Assembly (NCBI GenBank): GCA_015680685.1
Contig: MNCI01001825.1
Span: 1,349,876-1,413,875 of the forward strand
DNA from: Gnetum montanum
Taxonomy: Eukaryota > Plantae > Gnetophyta
Length of the DNA stretch: 64,000 bases
Direction of reading: 5' to 3'
The notes beneath the pieces were generated by a model that saw only the letters and a program-made list of their open reading frames with translations, made no database searches and was not told where the DNA came from. Below, one piece after another: positions 27,286 to 39,605 of the stretch; the first letter of the stretch is position 1; the number at the start of each line of letters is the position of its first letter. The position numbers and the translations under genes are program-made.

Positions 27286-28469
27286 CATCATCAACGACTA
27301 GGCAATAATTAAAAAGGATCTATTACTGTAATTGGTTGTATCTATTCCACAAAAACTTGTTGCATACTATGTCTCATGGACCTAGATGAAGCTGATGTTG
27401 TTCTATCTGCTTTGAAATCAAACATGGTGGCTCCATCTCCTTCATTGTTTTCAAGTTCAAAGTACTTAGTTAACTAATTCATTTTTGGTTTTCTTGTCTT
27501 CTTGGAGTTGTGTTTGTAGGATGACACGCCTGAGGCATTCGTGCACAGATGCAGTTCATAATGATGACAAGGTATCACATTCTTCCTACTGCCCGCAACT
27601 AGGTTAATCAACCCATTCATAAGTACATTTCTGACTCCTGTTACATTCCCTATTCCCCATCATGTTCCCATTATCCTATTCAATTATACCCCCTTGATAC
27701 ATTCTACTCGTCCCAAAACTCTTGATACACTATTGCACGTTGTGATTCTCTAAGTAGTTGCAACGTAAAACATGGTGCATGGTACATGATACAAATGCAA
27801 ACGCATGAGCACGAGTATAGCATTGAAAGAAAGCTCTTCCAAAAAGAATAAAAACAAAAAATAACAAAAACAAAAAGAAAAGAAAACAAACAAAAAAGAA
27901 AAAGAACAAAAAGGTCAAAGAGAAAAATGCACGAAAAAGGTCTTCATGACCCCGTGGACATCATAGATCAAAGATCATTAGCTCTTCTCATAAAAGCTCC
28001 AAGTGAGAAGGTAATCATCTTAGAAAGATAGCTACACTCATGTCTTAAAAAATCATGTTGCACATCATCATGTGGCTTTGGCTATTTACAATGGGTTCCC
28101 GTAACCACTTTATAAGAATCTTGTTTCTCCAAAGAACGCATCTCCTATATCTTGGTTCCGAGTCTGCTAAACACTAGCTACTGACAAGGACCAAAAATAT
28201 GGCTCGTTTACATGAGAGCATTTCTCTCCCACAATTTCAAGAACAATTACAACCCTTGATTAACTCCTGATTTTCCCTTGGGTTACAATAAATACCCTTG
28301 CATCTTGAAACTTCATTTCCTCAATCCCATGTACTTTTGAACATGGTGAAATCACATGTAGCCAGGGATTGATGGATAATGCTTGGTGCTTGGTTGGATA
28401 TGGTGTTTTGTACTTCTTCGTCAATGCCTCTTAGGTGGATTCCTCCAGATGTCAACAAAGAAGGGCCAA

Positions 28470-29871
28470 TGAAACACCACTAATTTTGGCCTAACACTTT
28501 GAAATAAGAACAACTCAGAGCCTCTTGAGGTTTTGAGAGGCAAAAATTTGACTAAGGAAGGGCACTCATGCTAGCTTATCTTGGGCACTCAAGCTAGCTT
28601 GTCCTGGGCACTCATGCTGGCTTGTCCTAGGAACTCATGTTGTGGTCACACTGGTAGCTTGAGTCCAGCGTGAGCTACCAAAAGTGGTTTAAAACAAGGC
28701 ACATTCAAGCTCAATTTTGACCTACAGATTACTCTCAAGGTCAACCACAGTCAGATAATTACTGTACTTAAGAAATAGGCTTCAAAAATCAAAATTTGGT
28801 GTGAAATATGTTGTTTCTACCTCACTCACACTGAGGTCACGCTGACAACGTGAGTGTAGCATGACTGTAGCATGAGTACTAGTCACACCTAGTCAAGAGC
28901 ATGCCAAACACATGCTAAAGACATGCCAAGACAAAATCAACTCACACTCGAAGCTCTGGTGAAATATAAATGCCTCAAATAGCCACAAAACCACTCAAGT
29001 CAACATCCTGCAGCAATCAACCCATGGATCAAGCAAGCCGCAGCCAATTTCTCTTATTATACACTATAATTTTTGTAAATTTTCATCATCTATGAGCTTG
29101 TCAAGCTCTTACACTCCAAATTGTATCTGCTTCCATGGGCCTAAGCTAGCTTGCATAAGCCAATACACGTAAGATACAATGCATCCGGTCAAGAACATAG
29201 CCTGCCTATGCACGTCCAATCAACACGTAGCTATCCATCTAACACCTATTACATTATCCATTTTTCCTCTTATTTATCATCCATTGATCCATCTATGAGG
29301 TCCATACCCAAGCCTAGCCAAACCTTATAAATACCTCATCCATTCACATAAATGGGATTGGCAATTTTGAAGGTTGCCAACTTAGGAAACACTGATTGGC
29401 AACTTTTGGACACTCGAGCACACCTGACTCCTAGCACCCAAGCACTTGCAAGCATATCACGTCAGGGCTTAGCACTTGACTTGCCATCCACACACACAAC
29501 TATGCATTAACCGGTGCACATTCATTCTAAGAAATACAATATAATTCATTTTTGCCTTTCGTTATATTTTTTACTTTTTTTAAATTTAGTTTACGTTTTG
29601 TTTACAATACCAATTCTGTATATGCTCTATTTCCATTTCATGCGTTACTGTTTACATTATGAACATCAGTTACAATAATCCCAGTGCAAGCCATAGCTTA
29701 TGTTTAGGGAAGTCCTTGGTTGATTTGTGTGCCGATCATCCAAGGCACTCTACCTTCATTTTCTTTTCCAGCTTGCCCTCACATGAAGGCAGGGTCAGCT
29801 GTGTCTGTCTGATGATCTTTCGGTATTTGTTTTTCCCTTCCAGCCTTACACCGACGATTTCGGTTAGTACA
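28470..29871 (+). repeat. TatB 3' LTR (~1400 bp)
   Basis: Starts TGAAACACC after the PPT, has CTCACGCT-derived motifs and TATAAATACC near 29326, and ends GTTAGTACA. The end is inferred by comparison with the other Tat LTR ends. Confidence 0.75.
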
Positions 29872-31500
29872 CTATCTCCTTCATGTTGACCAATGTGGAA
29901 GAAAGGGAAAACTCTGGGGAAAACTCCAAAATGATCTTAAAACACCTCAAGTAGACATCCTATAGTCCTACATGAACCTTTAGACTAGTTTTACATCTTC
30001 TGGAGCCCTTAAACCTTCCCAAAGTGACCAAAAATGATCAAAATGCTTCTCACCCTAGTCTTCCACATTGAATATACTATCCCTAGTATGAAAAAAGGGG
30101 GGAAGAACAAAACATCTAGCAGACCTCTAAACTAACTAGTTTTAATCCTAAACCCTAGTCCTTGAGCTCAACAAACCTAAGAACACACATGCATGGTCAA
30201 TTGAGGTCAAAATTTTTCTAGATATGAGATTTGTGGTTCTTCCACATTGGGGACCCTCTCTTCTACACTAGCCAGCATGGAGACTAAGAGAGAAACTTAT
30301 CTAAGGCTCATAGACACCTTAGAATGACACCAAATGACCTTGCATGCACCCTAGAACCCTATTTGTATCCATTAGAGTCTTCAAACCTCAAAAAACTAAT
30401 TTGAAATGGTTAAAAACTACTTCCTTCTAATCTTCCACATTGATCTTCTCATCCAAAAGAGGGAATGTCCAAAAAAAACACTTAGGAATACTTAAAATAG
30501 CCAAATTTTTACTAAAACCCTAGTAACTTTTGGATATGACATGCATAGTTGAATTAGCCTAGATCTAGGATTCTTACTCTATCCATGTTGGAGAGCCTTC
30601 TAGACTTGGCAGTGTGGAAATAAGGGGGGAAGGTTGTCTTTCCACTTTTGGTGGCAAGATGACACTCCCAAAAGCCAAATATCTACATCAAAGAAGCCTA
30701 GGATCTCATAACCTTAATATTTTATTTTTTTATCATAATTTAACCTCCAAAATCTATTTCCCCTAATCTTCCATGTTGGAGTAACTTCCCCAGCATGGAA
30801 ATATGGGGTGAGACATTAGATGCCCTTGAATAACCTCCAAACATGTCCAAAATCAGCCAAGAACTTGCAAAATCATGATCTATAGTCCTAGGACCCTAGG
30901 GACATACTCAATGTACTCCTAAATCATCCTGAATCTACAAAACAAGTGTCCTCCCTAACTTCCATGCTAGGGATAATATGCTCCACATGGAAAGTCATTT
31001 CAGCATGTTTTAACATCCAAAATTGACTCCAATGGCCTCAAAATGAAGCTAGAAGATGCACAACTTCCACATCTAGGTTTTAGATGCTTGTGATCATGTT
31101 TGGTCTTTTTTCATTTGGATTTTTATTTTCCACATTGAAGCCCCTCTCTTCCATGTTGGCGAGCATGGAAATAGGGGGAAAGGTTCCAAGCTACTTTTTA
31201 GCCTTTACAAACTTCTAAAGTATCCAATTTTGATAGATATGCCTGTACGCTACCTTAGGGAGGCCCTAGGAACTTAATTTTGGACCTATGGATGCTCCAA
31301 AATCCACTTTCCCTAGTTTCCACACTAAGAATCCCTTCTTCCATGCTAGCCAATGTAGAAATAGCAGAGGCCCAATGTGGAAGCTTCAAAACTCTCAATT
31401 TCTAGGTCTAAACAACCTAGAAATAGCCGTGAATAATGCCCAAACTTAACTAATAGACTTGTAGCCCTAAATCATGGCTTGCTAAGGTCTAAAACTAGCA
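29872..31500. repeat. TatA internal array of TTCCA(C/T)(G/A)YTGG / CCAG(C/T)(G/A)TGGAA motifs, often as inverted pairs
   Basis: Examples: TTCCATGTTGG..CCAGCATGGAA at ~30769-30800, TTCCATGTTGGCGAGCATGGAA at ~31149, TTCCATGCTAGCCAATGTAGAA at ~31339. Same motif as in the TatA LTR. Confidence 0.75.
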
Positions 31501-32048
31501 AAATATAACCCTTTGGACCTATATTGACTACGCTTTACCATATGTAGCCTATTTTACTTGATTTAGCCTTGTTACATGATTCTTCAACTTATTTTTGGTC
31601 TTATGTTGCATTAATGACTTTGATAACCTTCTTACAACCTTTATATAACCTTATATTTTATATATTTATCTTATTATAACTTTATTTACCTTTGTTTAGC
31701 CTTTTTTAGTATCAAATAGTGCAATTTGGCTATCTTTGATTAGCATTTGGCCCCATGTAACCATGGCCCATTATGGCCTTAAACTAGCATTTTGGCCTAC
31801 CAAGGCCTAAAACTAGCAAAATCATGATTTTTTTTTTATCATTTGTAGCCTTATTTCTCATACTTCCCCTTTCTTGACCTTTATTTGGCCTCTATTATAC
31901 TCTATTGACTTGTCCTTACCCTATTTTAGCCTTGGATGACATTGTTTGCATTAGATTAGCATGTATTTTGCATAATTTTATAGCATTTTAGCATTATTTA
32001 TTTACTTTTACTTAAGTGCCACTTAATATGTTTTTGGAAGATGTGTAG

Positions 32049-35000
32049 GATCAAAGTATGAGTACTTGGAAGCAAATCAATCTACCTTTGAGCATAAGTG
32101 GGCCTCATGGTGATGTAAGATGATACATAGACCCTACTTTTCTAGATCTTGAGCTTGAGAGTCTTGTTGACCACATAGCCTCAGTAGAGAATCCTCTAGA
32201 ATGGCCTAAAAACCTAGTTAAAACCTTTGACTTAGAGGGAAGAGACATAACTAAAGACTCTCTAGTTGAGGTTCCTATCACAACACATAGTGGTGAGGAG
32301 AAAACCTTTAAACTAAGTTTCTCACTAGAACCTCAATAGGCTAAAGACATCATCAAGGTCCTACAAGGCAACATTAAAGCCTTTTCTTGGTCATATGAAG
32401 ATATGCTAGGCCTAGATCCACACTTAGCCCAACAAAACATCATACTAGATCCTAGCATTAGACCAGTTAAGCAAAAACTGTGGAAGATTAGACCTAATTT
32501 GTCCTTGGTAGTTTATGATGAGATCTTGAAACTCTACCAAGTTGGTTTCATTAGGGTTTTCAACTATGCAGAATGAGTATTTAACATAGTGTTAGTCCCT
32601 AATAAAAATGGAAGTATCCATATTTGCATTGATATTAAAGATCTAAATAAAGCAACCATCAAGGATGACTTCCCTTTCCCTATTATTGATTAACTTATTG
32701 ATACTATGGCCAAACATGCCTTTTTGTCCTTTATGGATGGGTTCTTAGGATATAATCAAATTAGGATCAACCTAGAGCACCAACTTAGTATGACCTTCAT
32801 GACCCCTTGTGGGACCTTTTCCTATATCATGATTCCCTTTGATCTTAAGAACGTGTAAGCAACCTACCAATAATTCATGACCTATATCTTGAGCAATTAC
32901 ATGCTAGGTTTGCTCAATGATTACGTACACAATATAGCCATTATTTCCAAGGTGGTGAATTCCATGCTAATGATCTAAACCTTGTGCTTAAATGATGCCT
33001 CAAATATGAGCTTAGACTCAATTCCAAGAAATGTATCTTTAGTGTTAAGACCAGTAAGATGCTTGGCTTTGTAGTATCTGAAGTAGGAATACATGTTGAT
33101 CCTAATAACGTTAAATCCATATCCAAATTAGTAGTGCCTACCAATCTTAAGGAGCTTCAAGGATTACAAGGAAGATTATAGTTTATTTGTTGGTTTATGG
33201 CTAGGCTTATGAATAAATTACAGCCTATGCAACACTTGATTAAGGGGTACACGATGAGTGAATATCTCAATGCTAAGAGGCCTTTGAAAACCTTAAGCAA
33301 GAGCTGGCACAACCACCAATAGTCTACCCTCTATAAGAGGGTAAACTATTTTACATCTACCTTTCCATATCTAATACATCCATTGCCTCTCTACTTTGTC
33401 AGAAATGTGATGATGAAGTAGAAATGCTTGTATACTACCTTAGCCATGCATTAGTTGCCCATGAGACCCAATACATTGAAGTGAGGAAACACTATCTAGC
33501 ACTATTCTTCTCCTTGAAGAAGTGGAGGTACTACCTCTTTAGAAGCCAAGTCAATGTCATTTGCAAGGCTAACATGCTTAGAGCCATAACAACCAACATC
33601 TATGAAAGTAGTTATATGGCCCAATGAAAATCCATAACCATGAAGTTTGACCTTTATTATGTCTCTCAATCCTTAATGAAAGGTCAAGCTATAGCCATAC
33701 AACTTAGAGTTTTACCTATTGATAAGCATCCATAGATCTTAAGTTCCCTGATGAGCACATTAATGCCATTAGCCAAGTTCCCAAGGGTTATGAGGTAGTC
33801 ATGAACTTTGATGAAGCTTCAATTTCCCATGGGGCTAGTGCCGCTACCATTATAACATTCCCATTTGATGAAATCCAATCCTTCACCTATTGTTTTGAGT
33901 TCCCATGTACCAACAACATAGTGAAGTATGACGATTTGATCATAGTGATGATGGTATCTCATGGACTAGGAATTAGATGCTTAATGATCAAAGAAAATGC
34001 ACAACTTGTGGTTAATTAGGTAACCAAAGTCTATGCATGTAAATCAACATACTTACAACCATACTATAACCTTGGGAAGAAATTTTTACAATAATTCACA
34101 AACATTGATATTCAACACATATCCCAAAATGAGAACACCATAGCTGATGCAATTGTGACATTAGCTTGAGTGTGAGGCTAGATGTGTTAGTAGGTTTCCC
34201 ACCTTAACCATGGATTGTATTATTCCCATCATGAAGAACGTTGAGGATACCCTTATGGCCATTGTTCATACTACTCCTACCAAGAAGTGGTATGATGATA
34301 TCAAATTTAATCTTAGGCATGGAAAATCCTAACAAGAATTGACTACTACTCCAAAGGACGCTATACATAAATTCTTTCAGCAGTATGTCATTGTAGGTGA
34401 TAACACATTATGCCAACAATCTAATGATGACATACTCCTAAATTTCTTAGGTAAAATCGAAGCCAGAACAATCCTAGAGGAGACTCACAAAGGTGTTTGT
34501 GAAGGACATATAAGACCTAGAGCTATGGGTACTAAGATTAGATAGTTAGGTTACAATTGGCCTCATATGGAAAATGATTTCTTGCAGAAGGTTGAGCATT
34601 GTGACACATGCCAATGGTATAGAAACCTCATACATGTACCACTAGTTGAGTTGCATACCACTCAAATAACATGGTCATATCAATGATGGGGGTTGGATAT
34701 CATTGGACCCATAATGCCTAAGTCTTCCATAGGGCATACCTTCATCATCACTGCAACTAAATACTTTACAAACTAGGTTGAGGCTATTTTCCTAAGGAAG
34801 AATATATCTAAGCAAGTTTGAAAATTCATCCTAGATAACATTATAGCCTACTTTGGTATGTCCATGATCATAGTTATGGACAATGAACCATAATTTAGTA
34901 GCCAGGAAACAAAAGATTTCTATCATGACCTAGGCATTAAGCATTCTTTCTCATCGCCTTATTACCCTCAAGCCAATGGATAAGAAAAAGTAATCAATAA

Positions 35001-35520
35001 GGCCCTCATCAACTTGCTCAAGAAGATGTTCAATAACAACAAGTGCAAATGGCATGAGTTGCTTATCCATGCATTATGGGCCTACAGAACAACCTATTGC
35101 ACAACAACTAGTGTGATCCCTTATAGCCTATTTTATGATTCTAAATCTATTTTACCTCTTGAATTACAAGTGCTATCACTTTGAGTAGCCTTGGCCAACT
35201 TCATCAATGATGAGTAGAATAAGGGACAAATAGTAGCCTTGGACTCAATGAAGGAGCAATGTATGCAAGCACTTACTCACATCAAGTACTATCAAGAGAG
35301 GCAAAAGTGGTTCCATCACCATAACTTGATCATGCATAAGATCAAGAAGGATGACCTAGTTCTCAAAGTCAGCTATGAGCATGTAGACAAATTCTCAACC
35401 AACTAGGAAGGACCTTTTCTTATCACCAAAGCCTATGATTACTAAACATTTGGGATAACTGACATGGATGGGAATGAGATGGCTAATTTGGTTAATCTTT
35501 CCTATTTAAAGTTGTAATAC
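32049..35520 (+). pseudogene. pol: TatA pol: RT, RNase H, additional (archaeal-type) RNase H, integrase
   Basis: AFSWSYEDMLGLDP, DLNKATIKDDFPFPIID, FMDGFLGYNQI; aRH MNFDEAS...FPCTNNIVKYD; integrase HKGVCEGH...CDTCQ, WGLDIIGP, PYYPQANG, LWAYRT, EGPF. Confidence 0.92.
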
Positions 35521-35635
35521 ATGTATCCAACAATCATCAATGACCTGCCAGGGCCTAAACTTGTAGTATTGTTTTGTATATTTTTTTAATGATACTCTTG
35601 CCTCAATTCTCCAGACACCAACAAAGAGGTTCCAT

Positions 35636-37007
35636 TGAAACATCACAAAAATTTTCATGTTATAGCCAATTTTCATCATGTAGCTTTCACCCCATGAAAC
35701 TCAAGGCAAAAATTCATTGTAAATATGAAGATTGTAATCCATTAGGGACAATCTCACATATTACATACCTTTAGAATCAAAAAATGCTTAATAGGAAATC
35801 AAAGCCTCATTCCCCAAGTAAAAAAAGTTACCTAGTATCTAGATTTGGGCTTAGGTAGGCCAAAATTTCCTTTTCAAATGTCAAAAATGGTAATTTAATG
35901 GTTTTTATGAAGGGCATATGTTTTTTTACGTTGGAAATATCTATAAGGCTCCCCCTAAAGTGTGGAAATTGCATGCCCCCAGCATGGAAGCCATAGAATC
36001 CATATTTCAACACTCTATGCACTCTAACATTGACCAGCCACTTCAACAAGGATGGCAGAAGGCTTAGCATGGAAGACTTATCTTCAGTGTAGAAGGTGTG
36101 CCCCTATTACTATTTATAGTAAATAAAATGGCCATGGAGGGAGGACACTTACTATATATGGTAACCCCAAAAATTTGGGCATCAATCTCACTTGTACAAG
36201 GTAGAAACTTACAGCCAATTTGCAGCCATTGTGTAGCCAAATTATAGCCATTTTGTAGCACATTCATGACTTAAAACCTACCTCAAACACCATTTACACA
36301 TTCCATTTTGTGGCACTAAAAATAATTGAGCATACATACATTTTCCAAAAATAGTTCTACACTCTGGTACATCCAAGAGCACTTGCAAACCTTTGCATAA
36401 ATGTTGCTCCTCCCAACATGGAACCCCTATGGCCTTACGACTCTATAACACCTCACCCTTTGGGATTTGTGAGTTTTTAGGCTCCACGCTACACTCCTAG
36501 GATTTCCAACCCGTAGTGTAGAGCACTTAGGTAACTTGGATTCTTCATACTTCTCAATTCCCAACAGTGATCAATGTTGTAAACTTAGAGTAGCAACAAA
36601 GAAGGTTTAATAAAATTAGGAGTGGTAGGACATCTGGATCATAGAGTTGACCAAATTGGTTTCAATAGACCTTGAACCCCCACTTAAGTGAACCCCCTTG
36701 TTGCCCACTCAGGCATACTTTGTACACAATCTCTTAACTCTTCTTTATTTTATTCTTTGTAAAATAAAGTTTACAGTTTTGGTTTGCATTTAAATTAAAT
36801 TTGTCAGTTATTCTTAGTGAATTTATATTACTTCAATTTATAATCATGCTATTTATCTCATTTTTCATTTCATAAGTCCTTGGGTGATTTGTCAAACCAT
36901 ATAGGATGCCTTGAATTCCATTTTTTTGGATTCCCTAGGGATTCAAGGTTGAGGCTACTACACCAAGACTTTCAATCTTCCAGTGATTGATTTTTCTAGT
37001 TGCAATA
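35636..37007 (+). repeat. TatA 3' LTR
   Basis: Direct repeat of 11671-13205 with a deletion in the motif array and loss of the TATA box. Preceded by PPT-like CAACAAAGAGG. Confidence 0.9.
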
Positions 37008-37214
37008 AATAACTCAATAGGACAAGTTAAGAAGATATGGAGAATAAAAAAGAAAGAAGATGATAGTGAGAAAATCCTCTTCAACAAATTTATGAAGGGA
37101 GGCCAATCTTTGGAAATAGAGAAAATTCGTATGAGAAAAGGGAACCTCAAAAGAGAAATCTCATTCTCAAGACCCCTAGGCACCTTTATTTTCTTCATCA
37201 AGAAAGGTAAGTAG
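37008..37214 (+). pseudogene. gag: SIRE gag C-terminal end, resuming after TatA
   Basis: NNSIGQVKKIWRIK matches the copia/SIRE gag-end motif (GPKKIWVPK) and continues from ...NNKKILT at 11670. Confidence 0.7.
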
Positions 37215-37609
37215 AGGTGAGTTTTCAATTCATTGTAAATATCTCTTAAGAATATAATCCTTGGAAGCCATCTTTAAGCCCTTTCTTTCTGAGATGTCTC
37301 CCATGAGACATCTTCATGACAGGAGAGATGTTTACTTTTTAAAGGAGACATCTATCTATGTTTTTGTTCAATGCAATAGAGATGTCTACTTTCCCAATTA
37401 GATGTCTACCTATTGTTTATAAGCATGGCATAGACATCTATCTCTCAAAGGAAACATCTATCTTTTCATGAAAAACCCTTGTTAAGTATAATTATATGAA
37501 TCCAAACCTTCATTTTTCATTCATTCGTCCACATCCAAGCATAGATATCCAAGGGGAGACAACTAGGGCTTCATCAACAATAGTGATTTGAACATTGTTA
37601 TTTAAATCC

Positions 37610-39244
37610 ATGAGCTAGAAGAAGGTTTCAACATCAAGGCCACTACTAGAGAAGATCAAGAAGTCAAAGGGAGCTTCCTCCAGCATTGCTAGCACCTATA
37701 CTTCATAATTTAGATCCATTGATGCCCAGCACCGATTTGAGATAACTTAAACCATCTTTGTTATCTCTAACTGCTCTCTTTATTTTCAATAGCATCAATA
37801 GAAGGAATTAATGGGTTTCTTTTAAATTTTGAAATAGGTCACATTCATTTCCATGAATTTTTATGTACCTGAAATTATCATAAGAGAATTCTATAGCAAC
37901 ATTATGATTAAAAATGTTTTTATTGGGGCTTTTACTACTATGGTTGGGGGTATGTTAATTGATGTTTATGCCCAAGTAGTTAATGTAATTCTTGGGATTT
38001 TCAGTATTGATATGTTTAGGATCACCATCCATTCCATGATTGACATCTTTAAGAATGGTGTGATTCCTATCTTCCAAGATGAATTTTGTAATGCTTTGTG
38101 TGGAACATTAGTATCTCTATGTAGTGGGAGAGTTTATAGAAGTCAAATGGCCTGAAATGCTTCCATCCTCTCACTCATTATTTTATATATTGTCATTGTA
38201 AAAGAAGGAAGCTATAATTATTTTTTTCTAGTTCAAGTATTTATTCTCTAGTGCCTTTTCATAGAACAATCCTTGGACTTGGATCATACTCTCTACCGAG
38301 ACATGTGGGGCCTGTTCACCAATGAGAGAATCTATGAGCATTCTCACCTCATCAGTTTGCTGCTCCAATAGAGAGGTTTCCCCATTCCTAACATTCCTTT
38401 ATCTTTTCTTAAAGGAAAGAGGAGCCTTGATGAGTATTTAGAAAAGAGGAGCTTCACCTATGCTAATGAAGAAAAACCTAGTACCAAGCCTCACAAATCC
38501 AAAAATAAGGGATCTAGATCACCATCTTAGGCCTCTCCTTGTCTGAGAAGGTATAAATCTATTGGTGGTCAAGCAACATATTCTCTAAAGAAGTTTCTTA
38601 ATCCCTTTGCTCATGCTATTGGATGCCTTGGTAGGAATCTCTCTTACCTTCATAAGAGAATGGATGCAAATAGGGTACCTCTTCCTCCTAATGAAAAGTA
38701 GTTTGAGGAGATTACCACTCCTCCCATTTTAGATAATGAGGACTATCTAGCCCCACTGAGACATTTAGCAATAGTTGGGCTTTCCTAAGCTTATGACTCA
38801 AAAAATTCATTGGATTTAGAGGAGTCTAATGTACCACCAGCACATGTCTAGGGGAAGCCTCCTAATTCCATGTAATCTAGATCCAATTTCCATCATCAGG
38901 ATGATGCTCCAAAGACATATGAGCAACAAGCCATGGAGAGCATTTTTGAAACTTCTTCCTAGTCTAGAACTACTAATCCTATCACCTATCATAGGAAGGG
39001 TGCTTCCTCATCCTCTCAGTAGGCTCCATCCTAGTAGGATCCACTAGCTTCATCTCGATTTCAAGTGAAGGTTTGTCCATGAAGGGCTATAGTTCAGATA
39101 CCTTCTTTGGATGATAATGATGAGTATCATGTCTCCAACACTAATACTAGCAATAATTATGATGAGGAGAATACCTATAGACCTTCTCATGTTATGAACA
39201 CTTCCGATGAGAACTCGAATGATGCCACTAGGGTTACTAATTAG
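37610..39244 (+). pseudogene. SIRE env-like extra ORF
   Basis: VPEIIIREFYSNI...FTTMVGGMLIDV (REFY motif of env-like / plant transposon protein domains), followed by an acidic Ser/Pro-rich tail. Lies between gag and the PPT. Confidence 0.7.
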
Positions 39245-39605
39245 AGTCCTTGGGTAGTTCCTCCTTTTGGGTGATGTCCAAAAAGGAGAAGATTTTTTGG
39301 ATAGTATATTTTTACATTGTGGAGTGATATTATGTATTTGTATTGATAAATGCTTGTGATGCTTGTGAACTCTATGCCATTTTGTATTTATCTATTGCTA
39401 TATAGACATATTGACCTTTGGATAGTTTGTGGAAATCTATAGTTTCATCTTAAATCTATTGACTTAAGTTTGTATGTTTTACATCTACAATCCCTTTGGC
39501 TATCATTGGGATTTATACATCTTAAGTATTTTTATTATTTACTATTATTTAAATTTTATATATATTCACTTCTTAAGTTTTGGACATCACCAAAAAGAAG
39601 GAGAT

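Larger units (their letters stand above)
22580..29871 (+). mobile_element. Non-autonomous Tat relative (TatB): 5'-truncated, gag-PR only, 3' LTR
   Basis: Gag-PR is homologous to TatA. No RT/RH/INT lies between PR (~26500) and the PPT CAACAAAGAAGGGCCAA (28453-28469). LTR 28470-29871. The 5' LTR and PBS are absent, so the left boundary is approximate. Confidence 0.75.
11671..37007 (+). mobile_element. Tat/Ogre-type Ty3/gypsy element (TatA), full length, decayed
   Basis: LTRs 11671-13205 and 35636-37007 (TGAAACA...CAATA), Tat-type PBS, gag-PR, and pol in the order RT-RH-aRH-INT. PPT-like CAACAAAGAGG. Degenerate TSD GACAA/AATAA. SIRE gag resumes after 37007. Confidence 0.9.
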
